A stretch of DNA of 64,000 nucleotides, from assembly GCF_009914755.1 (NCBI RefSeq), contig NC_060945.1; one strand, given 5' to 3'. Shown in pieces: positions 1 through 17,394 of the stretch (the first letter of the stretch is position 1; each line of letters opens with the position of its first letter). Below the pieces are notes generated by a model, which made no database searches, was not told where the DNA came from, and saw only the letters and a list, made by a program, of their open reading frames with translations. This DNA is from the human T2T-CHM13v2.0 reference genome, Homo sapiens. The translations under genes were made by a program, and so were the position numbers.

Positions 1-542
1 TTTTAAATAAAAGGTAAATAAAGAAAATGCCTAACTTTTCAAATAGTTTGTAAATTGACATAAAACATGTACATTTCAAAGAATAGTATAATGGCCTTTC
101 TATACAAGTTAACTTAGAATCTGTGAAATAGACACAGATTCTGTGTCCTTTCACAAAAGTGAAGAAATAAGACAATTTTCTGGAACATTTCATTAAACAT
201 TGTCCTCTGATTTAATCTGGCCTGCCTCATCATAGCAATACAAAAATTACTTGAAAATATGTTTAACAGGAAAAAAGTCAATTTTCTCTGAGGAATGATG
301 TATAATTATCAACTTTTCCAAGGGTACATATTGTAAGAGAAAAGGTATGCAATCTTTTTTCAAAATGGTAGAACAAAAGACACAATATAAAAAAAAAGTA
401 CATTATAAAGATAGTAAAATGGAAATAATTAATTATAATGAAAGTACAAAATCAAGCTTCTGCCAAAATTAGTATCCTAAAACATGTTATATAATTCAAC
501 CAGCTACAGAATAACTGTTGACATGTTAAATTCCATACATAC

Positions 543-689
543 TTGACCTTCCACTTGAAATAATTTCCTCTTTGAGGCCCGTGTCTCTTCCAAATTAATG
601 TGACATCATGTACCTTCCAGTGGAGACTCTAACATAGTTAATTTTTTAAGGGAATCAGCCACTTCTTGTTGAAGTTGTCTCACAACCAC
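543..689 (-). pseudogene. Relic downstream ANKRD26/ANKRD18-type exon (147 nt)
   Basis: cag|[48 protein letters not shown]|gtatgt. Confidence 0.8.
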
Positions 690-1749
690 CTGATAAAATA
701 TTTTTGTTACTGATTTTATAAATTGCCTTATTATTAAATTATGTTAATAACATTTAACTCTAACATACCTACTTTGAAAATTATCTCACACACATCAATT
801 CGCCTTCTTTTCATCACAGGTACACATTTTTATTTATTACTGAATTCAGTGAGGGATGCAGAATGTGTTATCCTCCTGCCAAATTGGTATTCTCTTATAC
901 AACAGATTCATCCCACCATTCAATCATCTTAGAAGCTCAACTCAACCTCAAAGTTCCTAACATATTCAATCAACTGTTCAAATCCTTTCAACAGATTCCT
1001 GTCTCAGAATAAAAGTAAAATTCCAATGGCCTTTGAGGCCCTAGGTAAACCCCTCTTTAGTCTGAAAATGGGGATATAATGCCTAACTCATAAATCACAG
1101 GCAGCTACAGTATCTTTGTACTGGACAAAGTCATATTCAAATGATAGTCATTGAGCCTTGAAATAAAAATTATGAGCTAATTATTAATAAAAATATTCAA
1201 AGTAAATTATGAATACCAGTGGGAAGACTAAATCAAATATAGTTTTGCTAAAATTTACCACATTTACCCTAAATTATAATTTTATAACAAGTAGGTGCCT
1301 TTAAAACATTACGTGGTCAAAAAATATGTAATTTGAGACTGACATATTTTCAGATTTAAGTTAAATTAATATGAATAAAAATAAAGCTATACCAACTAAA
1401 ATATATAAAAAACTACTTAAAGCAAGATATTACAAGACACAGCAATACACTTCACTTCATCTGGGAAATCTAGAATTAAGTGTTGAAGCAAATCACTTAA
1501 TTAAATTTTAATTTGAAAATACTCATTTCAGGTGTAAACATTTCCATTTATACCTTCATCATGGTCTTAACATGTGGCAACATAAAGACATTAAAATTAT
1601 TATTTCAGCACTACAGGACTATCTACCTTAAAATATGACTCTGTGCCGAATAAAATGTCATAGGTGACACAATGTCTTCTCTCAAAGTAAATCATCTCTC
1701 ACCTCTATGGAAACAAGGTATGTTTCTAAGCTGATGTAATAAACACATT

Positions 1750-2035
1750 TTTCCTTTTTTTTTTAAATCAAAAAGCTTTGTTGAAATATAATTTACATAC
1801 TATAGAATGTATCTGTTTTAACATAAAGTTAAAAGATTTTTAGTACTTTTTCTGAGCTGTGCAGCCATCTCTACAATCCAACTTTAGAGCATTTCCATCA
1901 CTGCAAGATCCCTCACGCCCATTAGCAGTCACTATCAGCTTCCAGCCCCAGCCCTTCACAAACATTAATCTACTTTTTGTACCTATATATTTCTCTTTTC
2001 TGGATGCTTCATGTAAATGGAATTGTACAGTATAG
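1750..2035 (-). mobile_element. Old L1M (L1MB/ME-like) 3' fragment
   Basis: agctttgttgaaatataatttacatac...catttccatcac...ttaatctactttttgt...aatggaatt motif series. Confidence 0.65.
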
Positions 2036-2102
2036 TAAACACAGTTTTTATCTACTGATTTTTATATTCAACTAGGTTCAACATGTATCCAGAACCAAAT
2101 GT

Positions 2103-2553
2103 TTAAATTTTCTTTCTAGAAGTTTGAAAATATTTATCTTCCTTGATTCTTACTACTGTTTCTGCTTTCTGTCTCTCATATTGAAAGAGACTTTCTTTTA
2201 AATGATCATATTCATTCATTAGCTTCTTATTTTTCTCTTCTAGTATGAGGTCTTTCTTTCTACTCTCAATAAAGCCTCTTTGGATATTAATTACTATCTC
2301 TTTATGATCCTCTTTCTGATGAACATCAATTAGTTGCTGTTCAAGCCATGGATTTTCACGTTGGAGTTGACATATCCTCTCTTCCACACAGTTCCACTTT
2401 CCAGTAGATTTACTGACTTTAGCTTCTGCACTTTGATACATCTCTTTCATTTCCTTTATTTGCTGCTGTGTTTGGCTTAGGTCGTTTTGTACAGTTTCTA
2501 AAGCTAATGACTTTTTTCTGAGAGTATCTCTTGTCTTACGGAACTTATCTTTT
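2103..2553 (-). pseudogene. ANKRD20A: ANKRD20A-like exon 15, 3' half
   Basis: Resumes in frame after the TSD: KDKFRKTRDTLRKKSLALETVQNDLSQTQQQIKEMKEMYQ...QTSRKKI*. Confidence 0.9.
2541..2553. repeat. TSD of the RHOT1-SVA insertion (3' copy)
   Basis: GAACTTATCTTTT, identical to 5658-5670. Confidence 0.95.
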
Positions 2554-6194
<3,641 letters not shown>

Positions 6195-7372
6195 CTAAAT
6201 AAAACAAAAGAAAGTTTTAGCTAGTACTCAATAAAATAACATATCATGATTACCTCTGAAGTTAAAGAACAACCTGCACATCCATGCACTAAAAAGGTTA
6301 CTGTAAGTGGATATCCAACTGGAGAAAAAGTTGAAGCAAAATTTTGAACCTTATAGAGCATAAATTCCAAAAAGTTCAGAAATTTATTAAAAGTCAATGA
6401 ATTTATAAAAGTAAACACACACAAACACATGCACACCAGAGAATTTTTAAGAATTTCAGAATTGGAAAAGCCTTTCCCTGAATTACAACAAACTCAAAAG
6501 TATAAATTAAAGCATTAACAAATTTGACTAAATTAAAATATATCAAAAAATTACATTTACACTTTGATATCTAACCCATACACCACCCTATAGTAAGAAC
6601 TTTAGTTCACACGTATTTGGACAGATAAAATTTCCCAGAGTTATTACAGTTCTGTTTCACTGATAACATTCTATTTCAATTTGACTCTTTTAACACTTTT
6701 ATAGTCAGTTATAAGAATTACATTTACTAACTCATAAATCTAGACATTATACTAGTCACTCCTATATACATTCATTGATGAACTCATCTAGTTACCACAA
6801 TTTTGAGAAAGAAAGGTTAAAAATATAAGCAAGCTACAGGATTTTCCCCAGGACTTCTGACTCTACTTCTACTTCTCCAACAGATCACAGTTACTTCTGT
6901 GGTGTAAATATATCCATATGAAAGAAAACTTTTATTTCAAAACACCAGTGGTAAATAAGATAAAATTTATAGAGCTCTTCTAAGAATATCATGAGATTAT
7001 TTGTGATTGCAATAATTTCTGTTTCCTCTTTATAATATTAGGTAGAGTAATCAATATGAAATAGGAGAAAGTACAAGGAACAATTTTACTGGGAACAAAT
7101 CTTTATCAATAGGTTATCACTAAGTATATATTATGGCATATTATTGTTTTCAAAAGCTCTTTGTAATAAAATAATATCCTATGTGGGTGCCAAGATTTAT
7201 AATAAATATTAATAATTGTACCTGTAAGTGTCATCACTCATTTTTAAAAATGACATAATATTTCTGGTTTGTTTTTTTACCTAAATAATATATATTAAAT
7301 CAAGTGGATATTATAAGTTACATTGATAAAATAAAGTTTAAAATATAGAATTTTTACTAAAGATTGATTTAC

Positions 7373-7553
7373 CTGATTTGGAGTATTTCTTGCAGTCTTC
7401 GGTTTCATCTCTAGTGATTGAACAGTTGGTTCAAATTATTTTGCTTCAACTTCTTTCTTATATTGTTTCTCTTTCCTTTCTAATTCTTCTCTTTTTTTTT
7501 TGTACAGCATATTAACATTTGTTTTTTCTTCATTTTCTTGTTTTAAGGTGCAT
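7373..7553 (-). pseudogene. ANKRD20A: ANKRD20A-like exon 14 (181 nt) with TAA at 7438-7436
   Basis: CTLKQENEEKTNVNMLYKKKREELERKEKQYKKEVEAK*FEPTVQSLEMKPKTARNTPNQ. Confidence 0.88.
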
Positions 7554-8600
7554 CTGCAGATAAAGACATTTATCTTAAAATTCATTTTGTTAAAAAATAA
7601 ACAGTTTATCCTGTTATCTACCTCTGCAGATGTTGTTTGTTATCCTAATAAAATTTCTATGTTCTGGATTATTTTTCCTTTGCAGTTCTCAGATATTTAA
7701 TTTCTCACTTCAACATCTTCAAAAGAATGCATATACTTGAAAAGTAGTAAGGAAAGAATATTCTGCTAAAGGTTTTATTACTAGTCACTCTAGTATATAT
7801 TTTAAAAAAGGATACTGGAGATAATTCAGTAAAGTTACAAGTTCAAAATTACCTTTTCAAATCACACAGTCATAATTACTCCCTAATTAGAAAAGGTCAT
7901 TTACAATCAACTAAAATTTTAAAGTTACTATTTATTGACAAGTGTATAAGTTCACTAGAAATAAATTTTCATCTTTATGAAATATTGCGGGTGTCTCTCC
8001 AAATGATTTACAGAGTAAGATGTCTCTCACAAAAACTATATCTGCAAATGACTGTCATCCAAAACTAGGCTAAAGAGTCTAACATCTGTTACCCCACACT
8101 TTTTATAATTCTTTCTTAATACTTCCAATTCACCTTCTTATTACATATATTTTATATATTTATTAGCCTATTGTTCATTATGTGTAATATATAATTAATG
8201 CCCTTAATAAGTGTGTGTATGTTTACACAAGTTATGTTTTCCTGGGAAATCTAGTCCCAGAAGTGGAGTTGTTGAGTTAAAGGGATGTCAGGCTATTTGA
8301 AATTTTGATACACAGCACTAAGTTACCCTTCAGAACTAATTTACCAATTTCATATACCAACAGTGTATGAGAATGCCTTTTTCCTCACATTTGCCAACAC
8401 GAGTAATTACTTTTTAAATATCAGCATGACTTTACAAAATGTATCTTATTTTATGTTAATTTACATTTTTCTGGTTACCAGGTAGGGATAAATATCCCTG
8501 GTAAAAATATAAAATTTGTTAATCATAAGGAATATTAGTCCCATTTTGAATTAGTTTATAGCACAATGACAATTATCTCCTGTGAAATACTGCTATAGGT

Positions 8601-8919
8601 GGCAAGGCACAGTGGCTCACTCCTGTAAACCCAGCACTTCGGGAGGCTGAGATGGGCAGAACACCTGAGGTCAGGAGTTCCAGACCAGCTTGGTTAACAT
8701 GGTGAAACCTCATTTCTACTAAAAATGCAAAAAATTAGCCGGGCATGGTGGCACATGCCTGTAATCTCAGCTACTAGGGAGGCTGAGTCAGGAGAATCAC
8801 TTGAACCCAGTAGGCAGAGGTTTCAGTGAGGCAAGAACACACCATTGCACTCCAGCTTGGGCAACAAGAGAGAAACTCCATCTCAAAAAAAAAAAAAACC
8901 CAAACAAAACAAAACAAAC
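8601..8919 (+). mobile_element. AluS
   Basis: Dimeric Alu with A/(CAAAA)n tail, flanked by actgctatagg repeats. Confidence 0.92.
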
Positions 8920-8941
8920 ACACTGCTATAGGCTTACTTAC

Positions 8942-9105
8942 CTATCATGCTCTTCCTTCAGTTTCTTGGGAAATTGCTGAGGTTATGTTTTCCCAATCTT
9001 TCTTTGTTGGGTTAATCTGTCAGCAGCAGAAGAAGATGTACTATGACATGTATTTTCTGATAGTTGTATTTTTTCACTTTTGTATGTATTATTTCCTTCT
9101 TTGAC
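8942..9105 (-). pseudogene. ANKRD20A: ANKRD20A-like exon 13 (164 nt) with TAA at 8985-8983
   Basis: VKEGNNTYKSEKIQLSENTCHSTSSSAADRLTQQRKIGKT*PQQFPKKLKEEHDR. Confidence 0.88.
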
Positions 9106-10861
9106 CTTTAATAAAAGTAATATGAATAATAATTATTATTTTATTTAATAAAAAGAACATTTTCCCTGATTTTTTCACTTGATTCAGGTTAACTATCACC
9201 ATTTTAATGATAAAAGTATTTTGTGCTTACTTTAATTTTATCATTATACATAATTATTATAATTATAAGGTACTCATCATTTTATCATTGAAATTTTTGT
9301 CAAGTCTGCTCATTTCTGTTTGAGTGAATGGAAGAATTTTCCAAAATTTTAAAAAGTCCTCTTCTCCATTTTGTGCTTTTATTCCCATCCACTCTTTGCT
9401 ATCTGACATAAATGTTTATGCTATCTGACTAGCAGAAACAGAGAAATAAAAAGACACAGGTATAACATATGTCTTCTGTCTTTACCACATGGATTTTACA
9501 TGAAATAGCCAGATTAAGAGGATGTGACTTTGTAGGGCTTCAGGAACAGTAAAGAAGTTTTCCCTTTTCTGCACTAAGCTATTCTTTTCCCCAGTGCCTT
9601 TTATCTCTCTCTCTCTCTTTTTTTTTTTTTTTTGAATCCTGGGATATCAAAAAAGTAAAGGTTCTCCCTGAACTATGGGAACCAAAGTTTGCCACAACAC
9701 AAGAAGCAGAGTGAAACTGCTGAGTTTCTAGTGCAGAATTCTGGAAAATGAGATGCTTCCCAGATTTCACATTCTATTACCACAAAAGTTTATAGGTGAA
9801 AACCTTTGGTACAGTTACCTACTTTAGCCCCATTATCTACTGATAATGGGAGTCAAACCAACCAAGACATATTAAATGTTTCATCCAGAGCTCTTGAGGT
9901 GGCATTCCCTAGTATTTCATGGCACCAAATAACATGATACAATTCCATATTGCTGAATTACATAAATTACCAGATAAATTTATCAAATTAGTCAGATATA
10001 TTAAAAGTCTAACTTAAGCAAAGCAATTTAATGCCTCAGAGGGTGGAAAAAGGCCTCATCTGCTTTCACTTTGAAAGAAGAAAATCTCTAGATTTTTGTC
10101 TATCTTTAGAACACAATGTACAGAACTCAACTTTCTATAAAGAGTCAAAGGCTAAATTTTTGGCTAAGAAATTATGCTTCTTACGTGATAAAAATCATAC
10201 ATGCCAAAACTTACCATACTTTATTAAACAACATAATGTAAGGTCTGATTCAACAGAAATATTGGAGAGTGGTGATTTTTTAAAATATGTGGAAGTATAT
10301 ATTTGTTTTCAAAATATTGGAAATAACCATGATGGGACTATAAGTTCAAACAGTTTGAGCTAAGCAGATAAACTTGCACATGAAAACACATTAAACAGAC
10401 TCATTTGGCTGGGAATATCCATTGCAACTCTCAAGGCTAGACGTGTTTTTGTGGCTCATCTCAGTCATTGCTTCCCTCCCACTGTATTACCATTCTATCA
10501 TTAAATAAATGTAATTCATCTCTAAATGAATACAGAAAAAAGAATCTGGAATCTAGAGCTTATTTCTTTAGCAATTTCTTTATGTTGATCTGGTTCAGAA
10601 GGTCACATGGTATATGGCTGAATTAGTTTCCCAGCTCATATGCCACTTGGAAGACTGATAGGGAGACTTAGGTTGATTAATGAACAAACATTATGAGAAC
10701 ATTCTCCAGAATCGTTATTTAGATAGCAAAACTAATCTACTTTGACACATAATTACACATTTAGATAACCCCACTGTAACTGTACACATGAGATTTTCTT
10801 GAATAGAAAATCTGACTGAATCAAATAATTGATAAAGAGAAAAAAGAAGCAGCAAGTGAAC

Positions 10862-11987
10862 CTCTGTCTTTTTGAAGTTGGACTTCCTTTCTCCAAAGCT
10901 AGGAACTCTACTGGTAACATGCTACCTCATTCTTTTTTACTATTATTATACTTAAAGTTCTGGTACATGTGCACAACGTGCAGGTTTGTTACATATGTAT
11001 ACATGTGCCATGTTGGTGACCTTGGAATATCTTGCTGTGTCTTCTAGCTATGTTTTTGATGTTCTCTCACTATGTGGCAAAGAATAAACCCACATTTTAT
11101 AATTCAAGATTCATGCTTTTGTAGTTATTAGCACTGGGATTGTCATATAGTGGCTTCTGGAGTAAGCACTGTATTGGTTTTCTGTTTTTATAAGTGTCTG
11201 TAGCAGCAGAAATACTGTGGCTTTCTATCTGAATCATATGCTTCATTTCTTTGAGGTAGGTAAACCACAAATCAAAAAGACTTTCTGGATCTCTAGACTG
11301 AGGCCAATGCCTAATGTCTAATTTCCAATTAGTGGTATTTGGGTTTATATTTTTTGCCATTTGCATGTGAAACTCTTAATCATCTTTCATTTCAATCATA
11401 ATTACTGGGTTCCTTAATGTTTCAGTTTCTGTATCATAACAAAAATTTTCATCATCTGTGTTAGAAACAAGCTATGTGTCTGGTTTGTTATCATTTTTAT
11501 AGTCTGATTTATTTTCATTTAAATGAAGCTTAGAAGATGACTGGTAAGTGTATTTCAGGGACCTGGAGTGTGAATGGAATAAAAAGACATTTGACATGGG
11601 ATTCCTCTGTTCAGGCGCTGCCTGGAATGCCACAGAGTTAGACCCTCCAGATGCATTTTTCTCCTCACAATCAGGGACCTGATTCATCAGATTAGAGGGC
11701 ACTCCTTTTTCGTTCGTCCCTCTTTAGAGTTACTATGTAGAAGCTCTTCCTCAGGGCAAGCAGTAATTTTGGAGTTTTCAAAACTTTTACCAATATTCAG
11801 CTTGAACTTGCTTGTAATGAATTTTAAAGAAAGTCATGAATATACAGATAGATTCCCTTTATCACAATTCTTACCCAGTTCTGGTTCTTGAGGCTTTTTT
11901 TTTTTTTTTTTTTTTTGGCAGGTGCAAAAAGGAAAACAAATTTGCTTGTTTTGTTTCTCAGATGTCTTTTCTGTCAGAGTGCATGTT
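10862..11987 (-). pseudogene. Degenerate CCDC144-type large exon within an intron
   Basis: Fragments ACPEEELL..., NQVPDCEEKNASGGSNSV..., QSSSKLHLNENKSDYKNDNKP and NNYKSMNLEL resemble the large CCDC144A exon (from memory). Frameshifts, stops, an A22 run and a small L1 insertion are present. Confidence 0.7.
10933..11018 (-). mobile_element. ~85-bp L1PA extreme 3' end
   Basis: ttattattatacttaaagttctggtacatgtgcacaacgtgcaggtttgttacatatgtatacatgtgccatgttggtg. Confidence 0.88.
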
Positions 11988-13169
11988 CTAAAATTAGCTT
12001 TAATCAAGTATAAACAAAGAAATATTAGAAAATAATTAAAATTTAACTGTGAAACTTAATCTGTGTGTTGCCCCTCTTAAATTATGGGATTGTAACTAAA
12101 AAGTGAAAAATAATTTGCCTTGGCTTAACACGGGACAGAAACATAAACCGGCAAGCTGAACTCTCAGTGTTTGTTTGGACTAAACTTAATGCATTATGTG
12201 TAAAGTCTACCAGAAATGAATTCAAAGATGATAGGTAGTATTATAAAAGCTTCCTCTCTTACAAAGAGTTTACCTCGGCATACCAGAAAGAGTGAGCCCC
12301 TACAGTGCATGTAAATTTCTGAAGATTAACTAGAGACTAGGCAAACACTAAATTATTAAGAGCCAAACTGAACAACAATAAGAAAGAGAAGCAAAATTTT
12401 AAATTCTAATTCAAATGATATACTATGATAGTGTTATGTATCTAAATAGATTTTCTGCTCATATCCACTTCTAATATATTTTAAGTTCCACTAGTGATAG
12501 TGTTTGGATTTTTTAAATTTTAGTAATATTTACTATGTATTTATGTTGAAATAAAGTTATTGTTTGTACCCTGATACCAAAGGTCCCATTCTGCAAGGTA
12601 GGATTCTCATAAAAGGCAACTGGGTTGACTTTTATGACCCCATTCACTCCCTGAACACAGAAGTCAACTGGCGACCACAAAACAGAATAAATCTTTAACC
12701 TCGGCACTGGTGACCAGCAATATAAAACTGCAACATTTGAACCACTGGCAATGATGACTCCTTTAACACTAGTTTAACTCAGTGGCCATTGTTGTTAAAT
12801 TGTTCATAATTTCTATTCCTTAGTAATACGACCCAATATTTCATGTTACCTTCTGTATTATGAGTAAGGTTATACAAATAAAAGAGCAAGATAATTGTGA
12901 AAAATTCTTGCCTCAATTCCAAGGGTAAAGACAGCTATGAGTTACTAGAGATAGTAAGAATTACTAGAATAACGAATAGTTACTAGAGATAGTAAGAATA
13001 TCTTAAGTTTCATAACTGGTTAAAATGTTTTAAAAATTAAATATAAAATTATGACCTATTGGATTCTAAAGGTATAGTCCAAAAGGTCATGTCATTTGGA
13101 CTACGCTTTGTTACTAAAGCAAAAAAAAAAAAACCTAATATTAAACAAGAAATTTAAATTTTCATATAC

Positions 13170-13240
13170 CTGTGGTTGCTTCTTTTCACTTCTTTCACGC
13201 CTTTGTTGCTCTTCCTCTGAAGCCACTGGTAAGGCTTTTT
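13170..13240 (-). pseudogene. ANKRD20A: ANKRD20A-like exon 12 (71 nt)
   Basis: EKALPVASEEEQQRRERSEKKQPQ|gtatat. Confidence 0.88.
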
Positions 13241-13738
13241 CTGTTGACAAATTCATTGTTTTAGTTCAAATGAACTAAGAACAGTTAGATAAGACTATAA
13301 TCTTTATAAAAATAAATAGAAAATAATATTTCTTTGTATTTTATATTTTGAGGGTTTAAATGAAGCTTAAGGTTTACTGAAATATTTACTTCTTTAAGAA
13401 ATACTTCTAATTATCCAAAACTTCAACAAACCACTTGGGGAGACACTAGATATCACCAGGTTCAAGCCATACAAAATCTCAGGGTCACTCACAAATTGTT
13501 CCACCCAACATAAATCAACAAAACTGTTGGAAACAAAACAAAATTTTGAAATACAGTCAAAACATACAATGTACATAACAGTATCTTTTTAACAAGACAC
13601 TAATTGAGTTGGCAGTTACTAATAATTTGCAAAATTATTGTTGTTTATATCTTAGTGTGCACCCCATTTTTTACATCGCAAATGTTTTCCCCTGCTATTC
13701 TGAAAAATTTATTTTCATCTTTTAAGACTCAGAAAGTA

Positions 13739-14036
13739 GGCTGGACATAATAGCTCACATCTGTAATCCCAGCACTTTGGAAGGCCAAAATGGGAGAATT
13801 GCTCGAGGCCAAGAGTGTAAGACCAGCCTGGGAACCATAGATAACTTTGACTCTACAAAAAATTAGGCAGGTATGGTGATATGTGCCTGTAGTCCCAGCT
13901 ACTCAAGAAGTTTAGGTGAGAAGATCCCTTGAGCCCAGGAGTTTGAGGTTGCAGTGAGTCTCAATCACGCCATTGCACTCCACCCCGGGTGATAGAGTAA
14001 GAACTTGTCTCCAACAACAGAAAAAGAAAAAAAAAA
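13739..14036 (+). mobile_element. AluJ
   Basis: Diverged dimeric Alu with A tail. Confidence 0.88.
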
Positions 14037-14584
14037 GGCTCAGAATGCTGTGTGAAGTCTTCTTTGATTCTAGCTATCTTTCTCCACACACACAGGTGTC
14101 TGTTTCATTGCGGTCCCTTAGTACTTTGTCAATTTTCCTAGTGTCACTTTACCACCTGAACTGCACATCATGTCTTTACATGTCGATCCCCTTTGCTGCT
14201 AGACTGTAGAGGACAATCTTTTGAATAATCTTTGTATAAACAGTCTTAATTTTGCTAAATAATTAGTTATTGAGCTCCTGCTAAGTGTTAGGCACTGGGG
14301 TATAAGGAAGGAACATAAAACCTGTCAGGGATGGCTTTCCTAAAGATTATGTATGAGCTGAGACTTAGAGAGTGAGGTTAGCCAGATTAAGTGAGGCAGA
14401 GAGCAGGAAAGGGTGAGCACATGCCAGGCAGCAACAAGAGAGGGAGAGAAGCTTCCAAGAGAGTATGTATTTCTCTGCAAAAGAGGAATGGTGAGGGGGC
14501 CATTACCAGCAGCTGAGTAATTCCAGAGAAAAAGGCAGATGGGGAAAGGGCTACGGATGGAGATTTGGGCAGAAATCAGTTTCC

Positions 14585-14881
14585 TTTTCTTTTCTTTTTT
14601 TGGGACAAGGTCTTACTCTGTCTCCCAGACTGGAGCACAGTGGCATGAACTTGGCTCACTGCAACCTGGTCTCCTGGGTTCAAGTAATTCTCTTGCCTCA
14701 GCCTCCCGAGTAGCTGAGATTACAGGTGCGTGCCACCACCACCTGCTATTTTTTGTATTTTATTAGAGATGGGGTTTCACCTTGTTGGCCAGGCTGGTCT
14801 TGAACTCCTGACCTCAAATGATCCATCTGCCTCAGCCTCCCAAAGTGCTGGGATCACAGACATGAGCCACCGTGCCCAACC
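14585..14881 (-). mobile_element. AluS
   Basis: Reverse Alu; TSD cagaa(a/g)tcagtttc. Confidence 0.9.
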
Positions 14882-15339
14882 CAGAAGTCAGTTTCTGAAA
14901 TCTTTATATAAAGCTTTAAGATGCTTGGACATTAGGTATTCAGGAGTGGTTCATGGATCTATTTACATTAGAGATAATTAACTCTAAATACTGTAAGGAG
15001 CATAAAATTCTGAGGCATATAAATAAATGAACAAAGATAAAATATAAGGCAATGTTGCAAAGATGATGCAGGCCTGAGGAGATGTTTTCAGAAATATTTA
15101 GGATATAGGTATCAGTGGCCATTATAAGAATGAATTTTTATTGAATGAATAAATGTATATATCCAGGTCCCTGGAGAAATACACTCTGCTCATTACTTTA
15201 CAAATTTTATCAAATGAGAAGTAAGATAATATACATAAACTGTTTCAGTTACTTGTATTTACTTTACACTTTTTCTGTTTCAGTTTTACTGTGCCAAGGA
15301 AATGCATTTGGGTTTTGTGGTGGTGGTTGTTGTCATTGT

Positions 15340-15630
15340 TGTTATTTTTTGAGATGGAGTTTCACTCTTCCTGTCCAGGCTGAAGTACAGTGGTATGATC
15401 TCAGCTCACCACAACCTCTGCTTCCCAGGTTCAAGCGATTCTCCTGCCTCAGCCTCCCAAGTAACTGGAATTACAGGTATTTGCCACCATGAACAGCTAA
15501 TTTTGTGTTTTTAGTAGAGATGGGTTTTCCATGTTGGTCAGGCTGGTCTCAAACTCCCAATCTCAGGTTATCCACCCGCCTCAGCCTCCCAAAGTGCTGG
15601 GATTACAGGCACAAACCACGGCCCCCAGCC
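15340..15630 (-). mobile_element. AluS
   Basis: Reverse dimeric Alu. Confidence 0.9.
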
Positions 15631-17394
15631 ACATATGGGGATTTTGTTTCAAAAGTTCTGTTTCCTGTATCTACCAAGCTCATGAGAAAATAGAAGCAAA
15701 CAAGTCATTTGCATAGGTAAGAAACTTTGGATTTATAGCTTGTCATCACTACTCTAGAAGATTATCATCATGTTTTATAAAACAAAATGTTAATTCTAGA
15801 CATAAGGGGAAAAAGAAATTAAAACTATAGGGGTGGGGGAAAAATATTGCATAATTTATTACTGTTGACCTGATCATATGACTGATTAAGGGCACTGAAT
15901 TTAACTTGTATGTGAAGTAGACCCCACATTAGCTGCAGTTAATCAGTAGACCAGGTGTTCTAGCAGAATTAAATTTGATGCTCCTGTGTTATCTTTAAAT
16001 GACACAGCTCTTCTAAAACCCATACTCCTAGTGTATGATTATCCATTAAGACAAGGTGATGGAATGTGTGAATACAGCTGAGGAGACACCACAAGGCAAA
16101 TGCTCAATGGTTCCCATTAATATTGGGAAAAGCAACACTATAAAACAGAAATCCATAGGCATTATTTAATATTTGGTTTTGGAAGGTATTTTTAGTGACA
16201 CTGCATACAGTTGTACTGAATAATTGCAAAATTAGAGATGTAAAAATAAAACAAAGGCACATTGTGTTTGAGTAGGGAATCTGTAGATGTCTAGCTGTTT
16301 TTCCCATCCTGTCCCAAAATTCTAAATATAATCATGGTACCCACACTCAAATTTATGTTAAATAACAACCTCAATGAAATTACTCTTTCTCTTCATTCTC
16401 TTTGTTATTTATATGTTGCTTTCCTTAAGGGAAGAATACAAATGCCTTGCTAAGAAGCATTCTGTTTGGTTGTAGGCTGCATAAGGGGAGTAAACACAAA
16501 GTACGTTGGACCACAAAATGACTTTTTAAAAGTCAGAACTATGGTAGCATGAAACCAACTGAGGTAATCTAGAATAAAATTTTCTATGCTTCTTTCCCTT
16601 CTTTGCTCTCTTTCTACTCTAATAACTGCGATTCATGCAGGTAATGAAGAGTATAATTCCCTGATGGAAACACAGCTCCAAAATTAATCCTTTCTTTAAC
16701 TATGAAGTTCGCGTGTCCAAAGTCTGTAGTTGCTGTCTGATTTTTGATCACGGATGGCGATACAGATATTTATCGTCAACTCACAACTTCCCAAATCTTT
16801 GAAAAGTCTTACTATTGATGGTTCAACTAGTAGAAACATAATCTAAAATATCTGAAAATAAAGTTTTTATTTATTAGAATGTAAATAGTAATACAAATTG
16901 TAATAAGTTGTAAAAGTTCTTTCTTCACTGAAGCAGTACCATGTTGTCCTCTACCCCACAAACACACCAGTCCCTCATGGTCTAACGTATTTTAAAAGTC
17001 CTGTAATTGCTATTAACTCAGACAAGTTTACTTAACTTGCTCTAAGCTTCTGTTATTTACTACAATTTACTTTCAATCACTCAACGATCTCTATTATATA
17101 TGTTGTTTTCCATGAGAAATTTGTTTATTAGTAATTAAGATTCTTCAGGGATAAGAAAATATTTGAATAACTAAGTTTGTGCATAAACACAATAAGGTCA
17201 AATACCCATGACAATATTGTGTGTTTCTGTGTACTAGAGACAAAAACTTCAAAAAAAATTTTAATGAATAAACATTAAATTAAAAACTGCTTTCATTAAA
17301 CTGATACAATCTTCCCTCAATGCATGAATACCTTCAGAATTCACATAGACCAAAGAATTGTATAAAATATAATAGTCTTAAAAATCTTATTTGT

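Noticed and set aside
12940-13000. Duplicated AGTTACTAGAGATAGTAAGAAT (and a similar one at 46207-46260)
   Set aside because: Ordinary short intronic slippage duplications.
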